The notes beneath the pieces were generated by a model. The model was not told the origin of the DNA. It saw nothing but the letters and a program-made list of their open reading frames with translations, and did not search any database. From the NCBI GenBank assembly GCA_902500205.1, contig GCA_902500205.1_4868.1: DNA of 64,000 bases; one strand, 5' to 3'. Positions 35,627 through 45,089 of the stretch are shown piece by piece; the stretch's first letter is position 1, and every line of letters begins with the position of its first letter. The DNA is from Escherichia coli. Its GTDB lineage: Bacteria; Pseudomonadota; Gammaproteobacteria; Enterobacterales; Enterobacteriaceae. A program made the translations under genes and the position numbers.

Positions 35627-36533
35627 TGTTCGCCGCCCGTTTACGCTTAGCAGAAATTACACGGTTGATGTAGTTATACGCATCAACGCCGATAGAACGC
35701 GCCAGGCGATTACAGCCGACTTCCAATATCTCTGGCGCGTTCTGAATTTGCTCCTGCGTACCGTCGGCGTTAAGCCACAGCACTTCACTGCACGTGTTGC
35801 ACTCGGTATCGAACATTTTACTGATCGCAAGCCCACATTCAGAATCGTTCTGCATGTTAAGGCGTTCGATATTGTCGAGTATTTTCCAATACCCGTACAT
35901 GAAGTTCATGACGTGGTCTGGCGATAACGGTTTCGGCATCATCGCATCAAACAGCAACGACATACCACCTGGACGGTAATGATAGATTGCTCGGTGCAGC
36001 TCGATGAAATCTTCGTACCAGCGTTTATCGCCTAACTGGTCACGCGTCATCACACCCCAGGTGTAATAGTTGTCCAGCTCGTACAGCACTTCCAGCGCTT
36101 CGTGATTACCACCGTTTACAAAGTTCATAAACGGACGTTCCGACTTCTTGTAGCCGTCAATGGACACAAAGATAAGGTCGAACTGTTTCAGCAACGGCAG
36201 ATGTGATTTACGCATCTTTAAACCGTTGGTGTACATGTGATGACGGAGGTTCGGATGAGACTCCTTCAACTCATTCACGAAGTCTTCAATCTTGCGCTGC
36301 GCTAACAGCGGCTCACCGCCCGTCCAATGAATCTCACCGATATCCGGATTCTTCTCTAAAATCGAGAGAATCTCTTCACGTTGAAACTCACGAGAAGTAT
36401 CTTCTCTATCCATGTAATAAGCCCCTCCACAGAAGCTACAGTCTAAGTTACACTTAGAAGTTGCGACAACCGACAGAATTGACGGTTTGTCGTACAGTTC
36501 AGACGAGATCCTGGATTCTACTTGATCTGTCAT
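35619..36533 (-). CDS. radical SAM enzyme (second, 304 aa)
   Basis: CNLDCSFC (CX3CX2C) and WTGGEPLL motifs; ATG 36533 (MTDQ..) after GGAG; C-terminal region has additional Cys (ECNTCSE). Confidence 0.7.
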   Translation of the reverse strand: MTDQVESRISSELYDKPSILSVVATSKCNLDCSFCGGAYYMDREDTSREFQREEILSILEKNPDIGEIHWTGGEPLLAQRKIEDFVNELKESHPNLRHHMYTNGLKMRKSHLPLLKQFDLIFVSIDGYKKSERPFMNFVNGGNHEALEVLYELDNYYTWGVMTRDQLGDKRWYEDFIELHRAIYHYRPGGMSLLFDAMMPKPLSPDHVMNFMYGYWKILDNIERLNMQNDSECGLAISKMFDTECNTCSEVLWLNADGTQEQIQNAPEILEVGCNRLARSIGVDAYNYINRVISAKRKRAANNE

Positions 36534-36555
36534 TGCAGGTTGCTCCAGTATATTT

Positions 36556-37443
36556 TTAAATATAATCAATGGCGAATAAAGGATCTTCGTCTACATTAGC
36601 GCCAGGCACCAGTAACATCGGGTCGTGATAGGCAGCTAAAATTTTGTTCAGGTCGGCATGTCTTTCGTTCAAGCGTTTCAAATCGGCCAACGTAACCGAA
36701 CGACTACGAATCTCAGAAACAGCTTCTGCTTCTTCTTTCGTTAAATCCACCTTCGTTAAGAGGAAGCTTACCAGCTTACTCAAATCCGCTTCTGTCGCCG
36801 GGTAATCCCCATATCGGGTTTGAACCAGGTGTTGCATCCACGGCTTACGAATACGTTTGGTGATTTCGAAATCGTCAGTCAGCGCATACCAGACAGAACG
36901 CTTTTTATCCCACACGAACTTATAGCTATACGCCATCATGTCCGCTAAACGGGTGATGCCGAGTTCTTTATATCCCTCGATATCGATGTACGGTTCGGTG
37001 TCGAAATACGTTTCCGTATCGGCAGGTACCAGTACAAAGTAGTAAGGGAATGAGCCCAGATAGTCCGGACTCCACCAACGGCGCGCCATCGGTTTTGCTT
37101 CGAGTTCGTCAAACGGTGTAAACATCAGTTCTAAATCGACACTGTTGTTCAAAATCCCTTCACTGAAGAAATACTTACCGTCGACTAACACGCCACGAGA
37201 GTTACCATCGCCGTTAAAGATAACGATGGCCTCTGCAACCATATCACGGATCTTAAACGTATTTTCTACGGTGTAGTTCTTCTTGTCGGTCAAGAAGCGA
37301 CCACGAACCTTTGGCCACTCACCAGGAATCTGTGCAATCAGTCTGACTTTGTCAGCGAGGTGTGCACGCACCGAATCTGGGGAAGATAGATGCAGCGGGT
37401 GGTTGAATGTGGTTTTATACGCAAGATGCAAATCGTTTTTCAT
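36556..37443 (-). CDS. hypothetical protein (295 aa) between precursors and rSAM genes
   Basis: ATG after GGAG; no recognisable motif; position suggests accessory or partner role. Confidence 0.5.
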   Translation of the reverse strand: MKNDLHLAYKTTFNHPLHLSSPDSVRAHLADKVRLIAQIPGEWPKVRGRFLTDKKNYTVENTFKIRDMVAEAIVIFNGDGNSRGVLVDGKYFFSEGILNNSVDLELMFTPFDELEAKPMARRWWSPDYLGSFPYYFVLVPADTETYFDTEPYIDIEGYKELGITRLADMMAYSYKFVWDKKRSVWYALTDDFEITKRIRKPWMQHLVQTRYGDYPATEADLSKLVSFLLTKVDLTKEEAEAVSEIRSRSVTLADLKRLNERHADLNKILAAYHDPMLLVPGANVDEDPLFAIDYI

Positions 37444-37465
37444 TTAATACTCCGAACGTTTTCTG

Positions 37466-37672
37466 TTATCGATTCCCCGCTCCACGGCTACAGCTTCCGC
37501 TGCAGGACCAGCTACACCCACCATTACAGTTATAGTGAGAAAGCGGTAAGCCAGCCAGGTTATTTGTGGTCGACACGGTGCCCTGGTTAGCGATATAGTT
37601 GTTTGCCTGTGCGGTTGTAATGTAACCTTCTGCCGTAACGAGACGGTTTCGAATAGTCTTGAGACTGATCAC
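37466..37672 (-). CDS. leader + Cys-rich core small protein 3 (68 aa)
   Basis: GTG start 5 nt after GGAGG; N-terminus MISLKTIRNRL.. parallels the two larger paralogs; core HYNCNGGCSWSCSGSCS. Confidence 0.55.
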   Translation of the reverse strand: MISLKTIRNRLVTAEGYITTAQANNYIANQGTVSTTNNLAGLPLSHYNCNGGCSWSCSGSCSRGAGNR

Positions 37673-37687
37673 ATAAGCCTCCGTCGG

Positions 37688-38092
37688 TTAGGAGTTAGGA
37701 CCTGAACAACCACCAGAGCACGCACCTGAGCAGTTTGCGGAGCAGGATTTACCACAACCCCCAGAACAGCTGCCTGTGCACGTGCCGCTACAACCACCAG
37801 AGCACGAAGAGCTACAGCCCGTGCAGCTGCTGCTACAGCCTGATACACAGTTTGCCGAACAAGTCGACCCACAACCGCCCGTAGCAGACCCAGTACATCC
37901 GCCAGAACAACTCGAGCAACTAAAAGAGCATGTGCCACCACAGTCATAGTGCGAACGGCCTTGACCTGCGAACAAGTCGGCGTTATTCGTAGCTTTATTG
38001 CGAATGTAGTTTTGCACATTCGTGGTGTTCTTTAAAGCGTTTGCATCGATCGCGTTTAATCGGTTATTCAGTTCTTTTAATCCAATTGCCAT
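37688..38092 (-). CDS. leader + Cys/Gly/Ser-rich core protein 2 (134 aa)
   Basis: N-terminal ~48 aa conserved with neighbours (MAIGLKELNNRLNAIDAN..); C-terminal ~85 aa is C-(S/T)-G-x-C repeats with about 20 Cys. Confidence 0.65.
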   Translation of the reverse strand: MAIGLKELNNRLNAIDANALKNTTNVQNYIRNKATNNADLFAGQGRSHYDCGGTCSFSCSSCSGGCTGSATGGCGSTCSANCVSGCSSSCTGCSSSCSGGCSGTCTGSCSGGCGKSCSANCSGACSGGCSGPNS

Positions 38093-38102
38093 TTAATCCC
38101 CC

Positions 38103-38495
38103 TTAGCGACCTGAACAGCCACCGGAGCAGGCTCCGGAACAACTGGAAGAACATGAGCCACCGCAACCACCTGTGCAGTTACCGGTACAGCTACTACTGC
38201 AACCACCAGAACAACCAGAGCAACCAGAACAGTTACCGCCACACGTCGAAGAACAGCTACCGATACAAGAAGCAGAACAGCTTCCTGAACAGCTCGAACA
38301 GCCATGCGAGCAACCGTTAGAGCACGTCCAAGAACATGTCCCGCCGCAATCTAGCTGTGTTTTCGTCCAACCCCCAAATCGGTCTGCCGCGTTATGGGCT
38401 TTAGAGGCCACTTGCGCGTCGATACGGGGGCCTGTCGCCATGTTAGCTTCGACTATCTGGACGCGGTTTCTGACGTCTTTAATAGATATCGCCAT
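38103..38495 (-). CDS. leader + Cys/Gly/Ser-rich core protein 1 (130 aa)
   Basis: ATG after AAGGAAG; MAISIKDVRNRVQIVEAN.. leader-like region, then DCGGTCSWTCSNGCSHGCSSCSGSC.. core. Confidence 0.65.
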   Translation of the reverse strand: MAISIKDVRNRVQIVEANMATGPRIDAQVASKAHNAADRFGGWTKTQLDCGGTCSWTCSNGCSHGCSSCSGSCSASCIGSCSSTCGGNCSGCSGCSGGCSSSCTGNCTGGCGGSCSSSCSGACSGGCSGR

Positions 38496-38496
38496 T

Positions 38497-38541
38497 ACGC
38501 TTCCTTAAAAAGTAGAACGAGCGGACTATGTCCATAAACAT
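38497..38541 (-). terminator. hairpin with partial T-run between fibre gene and Cys-rich genes (attenuator or partial terminator)
   Basis: On the minus strand GAGCCGGACTATG-tttatgga-CATAGTCCGCTC followed by GTTCTACTTTTT, immediately upstream of the first Cys-rich gene RBS. Confidence 0.4.
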
Positions 38542-38560
38542 AGTCCGGCTCGTAAACAAG

Positions 38561-39763
38561 TTACTTAGTACCCGCTTCAGCTTGAACATCGTCGCGCGAG
38601 GTGAGGTTGTTGTTAACGTGAACAGCAGCCTGCACAACACCGCCATACTGTTTATGGAGGTAATTCGGGTGTGGGTTATCCGCAGCCGCATGGTTCGCCA
38701 GATTCTGGTTTGCCTGCGAAATTGCGTTGGTGTTGTTTACAACCTGAGTTTTAAGACTGTTGATTTGTCCTTGCAGGTTATCAATTTGCTGTTGGAAGTC
38801 TTTGCCCTGATTCTCAAGATCCGTGACACGCTGATTTGTTTCATTCAGCGCAGACTGAAGATCGTTAACCTTCTTCTGTAATTGCAACACCAGAGAATTA
38901 AGGTTAGCTAATGCTAACGACATTTTCTGGTAATTTTGAGCAACCACGTTAAGCTGGTCGTTCCACGCGGCTAACGAAGCCACAATTGCATCGATGCGTT
39001 GCCCCAACGCTGTGTCTGCTGCTCTTAAGTCGCCGATATCTTTGATAGTGGCGTCAATGGCAGTCTGTACACTTTGAATCAGAGCACGAATCTCCGTCTC
39101 CGTCAGGCCATTAACCTGATGAATGTCGAGATTGTGTACGTTACCTTCGGCGTTGATGTGGGTATTTAAGGCGTCGAGGAAGTCGTTTTTCAGACCACCC
39201 AGAATACCTTTAATTTCTTCCAGCTGTACTGCAGAGCCGGAGTTAATCGCATCTTTAATCCCCGCGAGTACGGTAATGATATACTCAAAACCGTAGATAT
39301 CGCCAAGGTCTTTATACGTCGGTGCGGACGGGAACGTATCGGGTACGTTCCGAAGATCCTTGAAGTCCACCACGCGGTCTTCAATTTTCAACGACGCAAT
39401 CGCTTGTCGGATGCCTTCGACGTTCGCGGACTGAAAACCACCGACAACTTGCGCAGAGACTTCGATATCAGTAGGAATGGCCGTGTTAGTTACCACCACA
39501 CCCATGACCACTTCGCGGTTCTTGGTCATTTTCTGATATGCAGTATGTGCAAAAATCAGCTCGTAGTCTGTACCGCGTTTGTACGGGTAGACACCTGGTT
39601 TATTCGCAGCCGCCAAGCGGAAGGTATCCGCGTAGAAAGCTCCGTCAGGAAATGCAAAAGCCCGGTTAACTTTACCAGAACCTAACGTAATACGCCGCGT
39701 AACGGCGTTCGACGTTAATGTCCCGGTAAGGTCGAGCGGGTACTGATAAATGATTTCGGCCAT
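38561..39763 (-). CDS. tail-fibre-like coiled-coil protein (400 aa)
   Basis: ATG 39763 (MAEIIYQ..) 7 nt after AAAGGAG; N-terminal module shared with the three giant proteins (..AFYADTFRL....G.DYELIFAH); Gln/Asn/Leu heptad coiled coil in C-terminal third. Confidence 0.65.
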   Translation of the reverse strand: MAEIIYQYPLDLTGTLTSNAVTRRITLGSGKVNRAFAFPDGAFYADTFRLAAANKPGVYPYKRGTDYELIFAHTAYQKMTKNREVVMGVVVTNTAIPTDIEVSAQVVGGFQSANVEGIRQAIASLKIEDRVVDFKDLRNVPDTFPSAPTYKDLGDIYGFEYIITVLAGIKDAINSGSAVQLEEIKGILGGLKNDFLDALNTHINAEGNVHNLDIHQVNGLTETEIRALIQSVQTAIDATIKDIGDLRAADTALGQRIDAIVASLAAWNDQLNVVAQNYQKMSLALANLNSLVLQLQKKVNDLQSALNETNQRVTDLENQGKDFQQQIDNLQGQINSLKTQVVNNTNAISQANQNLANHAAADNPHPNYLHKQYGGVVQAAVHVNNNLTSRDDVQAEAGTK

Positions 39764-39810
39764 TGCCAAACTCCTTTGATTGGGGCTTCCTTGCCCCATA
39801 GCGCTAACTG

Positions 39811-42800
39811 TTAGGTACGGAACATAAGATTGACCTGGATAATATCAGGCTGTTGCCATCCTCTCTCGTTCACCCAATCGTGCGCAATCGTTAACGTAAG
39901 ATCATCGCCATCCCACGCCACGATCGGCGGTGGGAATAAACCCTGAGCGCCCGTGGTAACAACCGGAATTGCACCCGCCACATCCACAAACGTGTAGCTA
40001 CGGCTGTTCAAAACAACTGGTGTGCCGTAGGTCTCTCCCCCCAATGGTAAGATTTGAATCTTACTATCCGAAAGATCGGTGGTGATTGGTAGTCCCCCCG
40101 CGTCCGTGAAAAGCCAAGAGCAAATATGCTGGTTGGCCATCTCAAGCGCTGGGGAACTCAACACAGCAGAGAAAGTAAACGTACATGGCACGCCTGCGGG
40201 CAGAGAGTGCTGTTTGTGATACACGGTATGTGGTGTTGGCATTAGCACTTCTGGATTTTCTTCAATGTTAACATCCTTACCTTCCGCCTCGACGTTGTAT
40301 AAAAATCTATCTACCGTATCCCATGGGGCGATGTTGACATTAAAGGTCGTTTCTACTCCCGGTGTACCTGGGACGACGAATTTACTTTGTATCACCACTA
40401 TCATCATTCCTGAGGTCGGAGAGAAAGCAGGCGTAGGGATACCCACCCACTCCATTCCCAACGATGCCGCTTCACCGTTCTCATCGGCCGTTACCGTCGC
40501 AATTGTTGTAGGATGTTTCCAAAACGCCCCCGACTTGTTTGCCTGAGTAAACGCCGGCAAAGTTTTCAAGCCTTCGAAACGTTTGGAGACCATCGGTTTA
40601 CCGCGACGCTGTGCGTCAGATACGGTATAAAGCAACTGACTATCCAGATAGCCTTTCGTAGCATCGATAGACAAAGGACCCATCGCTTCTTTACGCAATG
40701 GTGCCAGTCTGCCCGTTGCCGCATCCCTTCCCACTTCCACATCATGCTTATTCTCAACCGCCGCATGTTCCAACAGTTGTTTCACCGCCCCCAATCGCTT
40801 AGCATGTTCGACGTTAGTCTCGACGACTCGCGACGAGCCCGTTTTAACATACCCGATATAGAGTTCCGTTTCAGTGTCTGGATGTTGAATCACGTCCATT
40901 ACGTACTTCGGTGTACCATTTTCTACCTTGGCGTGCAGGTAGAATGTCCGGTTCTGATGGTTTGTTGGAAATGCTGCGCTGAGGTCAATATACCACGTAG
41001 GCAGCTTATAAGTGCTCGAGCCGAAACGCAGGTCAACTTCCTCAGTCACATATACCAGCCAACCTTCAGCTGTTTCCACACCAGCAATGACAACCGATTC
41101 AGTCGGGCCACTAAAATTAGGAGCCGCGACAAAATCTCTCGACGACGTTGCGATACCACCACAATAGACGTAGTCGAGAGATGAGTTGTGTAGCATCACC
41201 TGATCACGATGAGCCAGATAAGCTGGGCTGACTGGAGTGTGTGACGGTGCCATACGTCCAACGCCGTGTGGAGCAGAAGAACGCGTCCAGGTACCATTAG
41301 ACAGCGTAAGACCAACAGCGTAGTTAAGCGCACCCAAGTCGCCAATCAGGCGCAAGGTTAACGTGTGTGGAAGATACAACCCGAACTGCGTACCATCTAC
41401 CGACACCAGTGTAGGTTGTCCCGGCCGGCGTGTTTTTCCTCCCGTTATCTCACCCAACGTAGCATAGTTCAAGTCATAGTCGAGGTTGTTATAGAAGTCA
41501 AACAAAGCCAATATCGCTGCGGGGAATGTTACCTGCCCGTTGCTGATTGTTGGTTTCAGTGTAAAGTAGTAGATATCCAACACGTTAACGTTGTTCACAG
41601 TACGCGTACATGCTACTTGTGCTAACGTGAGCGGTGTGGCCGTACCAATGCCGATGAACCAAACGGAGAACAATGCCTTTCCTGCGTTATTTGCGGCAAG
41701 GATAAATTCCGAAGCATAACCATTCGCAGCGCCTGCCGGTGCACCGTCGATGATCATCTGCTTCATCTTATTCCATTCGGCTTGTGACAGCGTCAACCGA
41801 TCGGCATGAATCGTGAAAGTGCCAGAAACGTTGTGGTAAGGGAATGTTTCTGGCCCTGTGCAATACCAGCCGTTTAACTCTGTACCAGGCGACGCCGGTG
41901 TAACAATGTGGCACATCTGCGACAGATTCTCGTACGTGGTAGAATCCACTACACGACGATTGTTAGTTGGTCCATACCCCGCTTTACCTGAGTAAGTGGT
42001 GTTCGGATCAAACTCAACTTCAATTGCCAAACGGGAACGTGGCTGTGACAACCAGATAAGTCTGGAATTCGCTCCCAGAGTCAGCGGATACGCCATACCC
42101 AGCTCGTAGATAGAACCACGACCTTGGTTTAACGTTACCGCACTAAACCTTCTGGCAGTGAAGTTGTAGTCGCACGACAGGTACTCGTACCAACTCACAC
42201 CGTCGTCTAACGTGGTAATCGTGACAATTGGCATTAGGTCACGATCGCCGGCATGTCCTTGCGAAACGATATATTTGTCTTGCGATGTTGCAAAGGTTTG
42301 GTTATTAGCTTGACCTTCGCCCCACTTCCGGCTCGGAATCCCAATCTCAGCACCACCGTTATAACGAACCGCGGTAAGATCAGCCACAATAGGGAATCGA
42401 TCAGCCCCTTCCAGCGTTACCGTCATTGAACTGCAATCAACAACAAAGCTTGACACCCATTGTTTAAAGCTAATCGTCTGCCCTGTGCTGGAGGCAAACC
42501 AGACTGTTGGCGTTAAACCAACACGAAATTTCAGCCCATCAACACCAATCGCGTGATTACACTCAGGACCATGTACAAAGTTGATTGCATTGTTCCACTT
42601 CGCTAACGCGTCTGCGTAGATCTGTGTAACTGGTGCTGGGAGCGCATCGGAAGGTGCACGTTTCTGTCCCTGTCGCAGATAAACGTTTTCACCCGACGTT
42701 AATATCCCGCCTGTTAACGCATCCGCCACAAACGTGTTGCTACCACCCGGATTAAGTTCGTTGAGTGCGATGCTACGCATACTCACGAAATAGTTACCGG

Positions 42801-44994
42801 AGGTAAGCACCGTACGCAACAGGTAGACACGTTCATTACAAACAATCAAATCGTCTGTAGAAGCGTTTGGAGCCCACGGTGCTGTCGTTACTGTGCCCGC
42901 ACCATTACCGTTCTTGTAATCACCCAACACCACTTTAACAACACGATGATGTTTTGCATGGTCAATCGTCCCATCGAAGATGACCAAGTAGTACGCACCG
43001 TCACTGCCTAAGCAGATCATTGCATCTGTACCGGTAATCACAATAGCAACCAGATTCACCCCAGGATACGCCGACATTCCAGCGGGTCGATAACGTACGG
43101 ACGTCTGCTGCATATTTTCCAGCGTATTGCTTGGCGACACATCGGCATAGGCGTAATAGATAGTCCAGTCACCTGGTGGATTCCCGTTAGAACCGTTACG
43201 GAGCGAGTAAACCTTACCAGACTCGTAACGCGCCAAACCTTTCTGCCAGGTTTGGTTTTTGGTATACCCTTCGTAGTTCCCCTGGACTGGTATAGGCAAG
43301 AAGTTATTGTTGCCGTACGATGATCCGCCGACAGTCCATGCGGGCAACAGCGTAGCAATCTTGTCATTCAGTGTGTCAATCTTTTGTTCAAGCAAGAAGC
43401 CCTGACGCGAAGTGACCATCTTATCCGAGGTAGTGTCGATTGCATCCCACAGTTTAGCCAAACCTGTAACAGACGTGGATGCGTACGGCACGTTATCGAG
43501 ATCTGCAATGGTGTGGGTGTGCGTTGTAAGCGCTTTGCCTGATAGCACGGTACGCAATGCGTTAGTAACTGGCTTTTCTAACGGTCCGGTATTGTTCATC
43601 TTCTCAATACCGAAATCTGCCGCGGTTAAGGTCAGATGCATCTGCCCGTTTGAATCTAATACAAACCCTTTACCGTTGACTGTATACGTGTCGTCCACAT
43701 ATCCGTCGAGTTTGTTCTTCAAGTCAGTAACAGCTTTTTGGGAAATCGCTGTGGACGCTGCAGCGGACGCCGAAAGGTTAGTAATCGCAAACAAACCCTG
43801 CACAGTTGTGGTTGCTGCAGGCAGCTCCGCATTCATGTAAAGTTTGTTTGTTTCTTTACCAGAGCCGTAAATCTTCAACGTGTCGCTGGACTTGAAGTAG
43901 GCGTTTGCTGGAAGTATCTTCACCGAGGTCAAGTACATCTTAACCATATCCGGTGTAACAAGATACACGCTATTATACACAGGTGCAAGCACACCCGCAT
44001 CATAATCGCCCCACTTGTCACCTGCTTTACCCGAGTGAACCCAAAGCGTGTTCAGACCAGCACTGAACTCCGTAGCGATGCCCGGTTCGTTGTTATCCTG
44101 GTCAGCTTTTAATACCAGCGGTTTTGTCGAGGTGATGATGAACTTCTCACCCTTCATGCTGATAACGTGACCAGACGTTGTTTGGAACGTAATCGCGTCG
44201 TTATTCAGAACACGCATACGGCCCAGTAAATCACCCAGGGTATTATCCAGAAGCATGTCAACGTGTTTCTGTTGGATGCCACTGGTAGACATTAACGTCA
44301 CTAGCTCTGCCAGGGTACGTCCGAATGCCTTAGTCGCATCTACGGCTTTGCCGAGTACCGGGAGAGCGCCAATGTCACCGCAGGTGTAACCATGTGCATT
44401 TTTAATCAGGTGGTGTTGATACATTTCGTCATCAAACACCTGCTTACCGTTCTGATAAATCAAATCGGTAACTTCGGCAAAAGCCTCATCCAGCTCGTGG
44501 GCGCGCTCTAAAATACCCAGACGGATATCTTCCAACGCCTTTACGATTTCATCGCGAAGAATCGCTTCTTCGAGGTCTTTTGGCGGGTCGATTGGCGAGA
44601 TAATCGGCGGATATTTCATCAGCTCAGACCAATCGCAGTTACGCGGGTCTTTCATATCTGTCTTAACCAGATACTTGCCGATTTCAGAAGCAGGGATGCG
44701 ATACTGTCGACCAACCGACAACAACTCGTATTCTACCTCTGTGGCGTTCAGCAGCATTATGCTGCCGTATATTGCATCGTTCTCAGCCTCGGCTAATTCC
44801 TGGAAGTAATGTCCTAGGAAATAATCGAGACCTTCTATTAACTTGCGTTTGGTTCCGGTTGTTTTATCGGTAACGGTTAACGTTAACCCGATGCGATAGA
44901 ACGGTGCTTCGACGGGAATGACCGCCGAATAACGGTTCGGGTAAGTAGCGGTACTGAGCGTACCGTTAAACTGCGCCGCATCTTCTCTCGGCAT
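39811..44994 (-). CDS. giant tail-fibre / receptor-binding-like protein (1727 aa)
   Basis: ATG 44994 (MPREDAAQF..) after AGGAG; shared N-terminal module (APFYRIGLTL...GLDYFL); fibre-type motifs (TTTVQGLFAIT, ISQKAVTDL, HTHTIADL). Confidence 0.75.
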   Translation of the reverse strand: MPREDAAQFNGTLSTATYPNRYSAVIPVEAPFYRIGLTLTVTDKTTGTKRKLIEGLDYFLGHYFQELAEAENDAIYGSIMLLNATEVEYELLSVGRQYRIPASEIGKYLVKTDMKDPRNCDWSELMKYPPIISPIDPPKDLEEAILRDEIVKALEDIRLGILERAHELDEAFAEVTDLIYQNGKQVFDDEMYQHHLIKNAHGYTCGDIGALPVLGKAVDATKAFGRTLAELVTLMSTSGIQQKHVDMLLDNTLGDLLGRMRVLNNDAITFQTTSGHVISMKGEKFIITSTKPLVLKADQDNNEPGIATEFSAGLNTLWVHSGKAGDKWGDYDAGVLAPVYNSVYLVTPDMVKMYLTSVKILPANAYFKSSDTLKIYGSGKETNKLYMNAELPAATTTVQGLFAITNLSASAAASTAISQKAVTDLKNKLDGYVDDTYTVNGKGFVLDSNGQMHLTLTAADFGIEKMNNTGPLEKPVTNALRTVLSGKALTTHTHTIADLDNVPYASTSVTGLAKLWDAIDTTSDKMVTSRQGFLLEQKIDTLNDKIATLLPAWTVGGSSYGNNNFLPIPVQGNYEGYTKNQTWQKGLARYESGKVYSLRNGSNGNPPGDWTIYYAYADVSPSNTLENMQQTSVRYRPAGMSAYPGVNLVAIVITGTDAMICLGSDGAYYLVIFDGTIDHAKHHRVVKVVLGDYKNGNGAGTVTTAPWAPNASTDDLIVCNERVYLLRTVLTSGNYFVSMRSIALNELNPGGSNTFVADALTGGILTSGENVYLRQGQKRAPSDALPAPVTQIYADALAKWNNAINFVHGPECNHAIGVDGLKFRVGLTPTVWFASSTGQTISFKQWVSSFVVDCSSMTVTLEGADRFPIVADLTAVRYNGGAEIGIPSRKWGEGQANNQTFATSQDKYIVSQGHAGDRDLMPIVTITTLDDGVSWYEYLSCDYNFTARRFSAVTLNQGRGSIYELGMAYPLTLGANSRLIWLSQPRSRLAIEVEFDPNTTYSGKAGYGPTNNRRVVDSTTYENLSQMCHIVTPASPGTELNGWYCTGPETFPYHNVSGTFTIHADRLTLSQAEWNKMKQMIIDGAPAGAANGYASEFILAANNAGKALFSVWFIGIGTATPLTLAQVACTRTVNNVNVLDIYYFTLKPTISNGQVTFPAAILALFDFYNNLDYDLNYATLGEITGGKTRRPGQPTLVSVDGTQFGLYLPHTLTLRLIGDLGALNYAVGLTLSNGTWTRSSAPHGVGRMAPSHTPVSPAYLAHRDQVMLHNSSLDYVYCGGIATSSRDFVAAPNFSGPTESVVIAGVETAEGWLVYVTEEVDLRFGSSTYKLPTWYIDLSAAFPTNHQNRTFYLHAKVENGTPKYVMDVIQHPDTETELYIGYVKTGSSRVVETNVEHAKRLGAVKQLLEHAAVENKHDVEVGRDAATGRLAPLRKEAMGPLSIDATKGYLDSQLLYTVSDAQRRGKPMVSKRFEGLKTLPAFTQANKSGAFWKHPTTIATVTADENGEAASLGMEWVGIPTPAFSPTSGMMIVVIQSKFVVPGTPGVETTFNVNIAPWDTVDRFLYNVEAEGKDVNIEENPEVLMPTPHTVYHKQHSLPAGVPCTFTFSAVLSSPALEMANQHICSWLFTDAGGLPITTDLSDSKIQILPLGGETYGTPVVLNSRSYTFVDVAGAIPVVTTGAQGLFPPPIVAWDGDDLTLTIAHDWVNERGWQQPDIIQVNLMFRT

Positions 44995-45026
44995 TGCAAA
45001 CACTCCTAATCTGTAATAAAACGGAG

Positions 45027-45056
45027 ACCGCCCTCCCAATAACGGAAGGGCGGTTT
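45027..45056 (-). terminator. weak intrinsic terminator between giant fibre genes
   Basis: ACCGCCCT..AGGGCGGT hairpin followed on the minus strand by CTCCGTTTTATT; likely partial read-through. Confidence 0.4.
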
Positions 45057-45089
45057 ACCTACGGACTACCCGCCCGTAGGCAGTCCGTC

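Noticed and set aside
37700-38330. Possible CRISPR array or tandem DNA repeat in the periodic Cys-codon tract
   Set aside because: Periodicity is at the codon level (3-12 nt units) inside protein-coding sequence; there are no 25-40-nt direct repeats separated by unique spacers.
37669-38508. ORF-track entries 37669-38019 (-), 38093-38305 (-) and 38173-38508 (+) overlapping the Cys-rich genes
   Set aside because: They are alternate-frame or antisense translations of the GCA/ACC/GGA low-complexity tract (Ala/Val- or Gln/Pro/Glu-rich junk), have no RBS, and overlap the RBS-supported Cys-rich genes.
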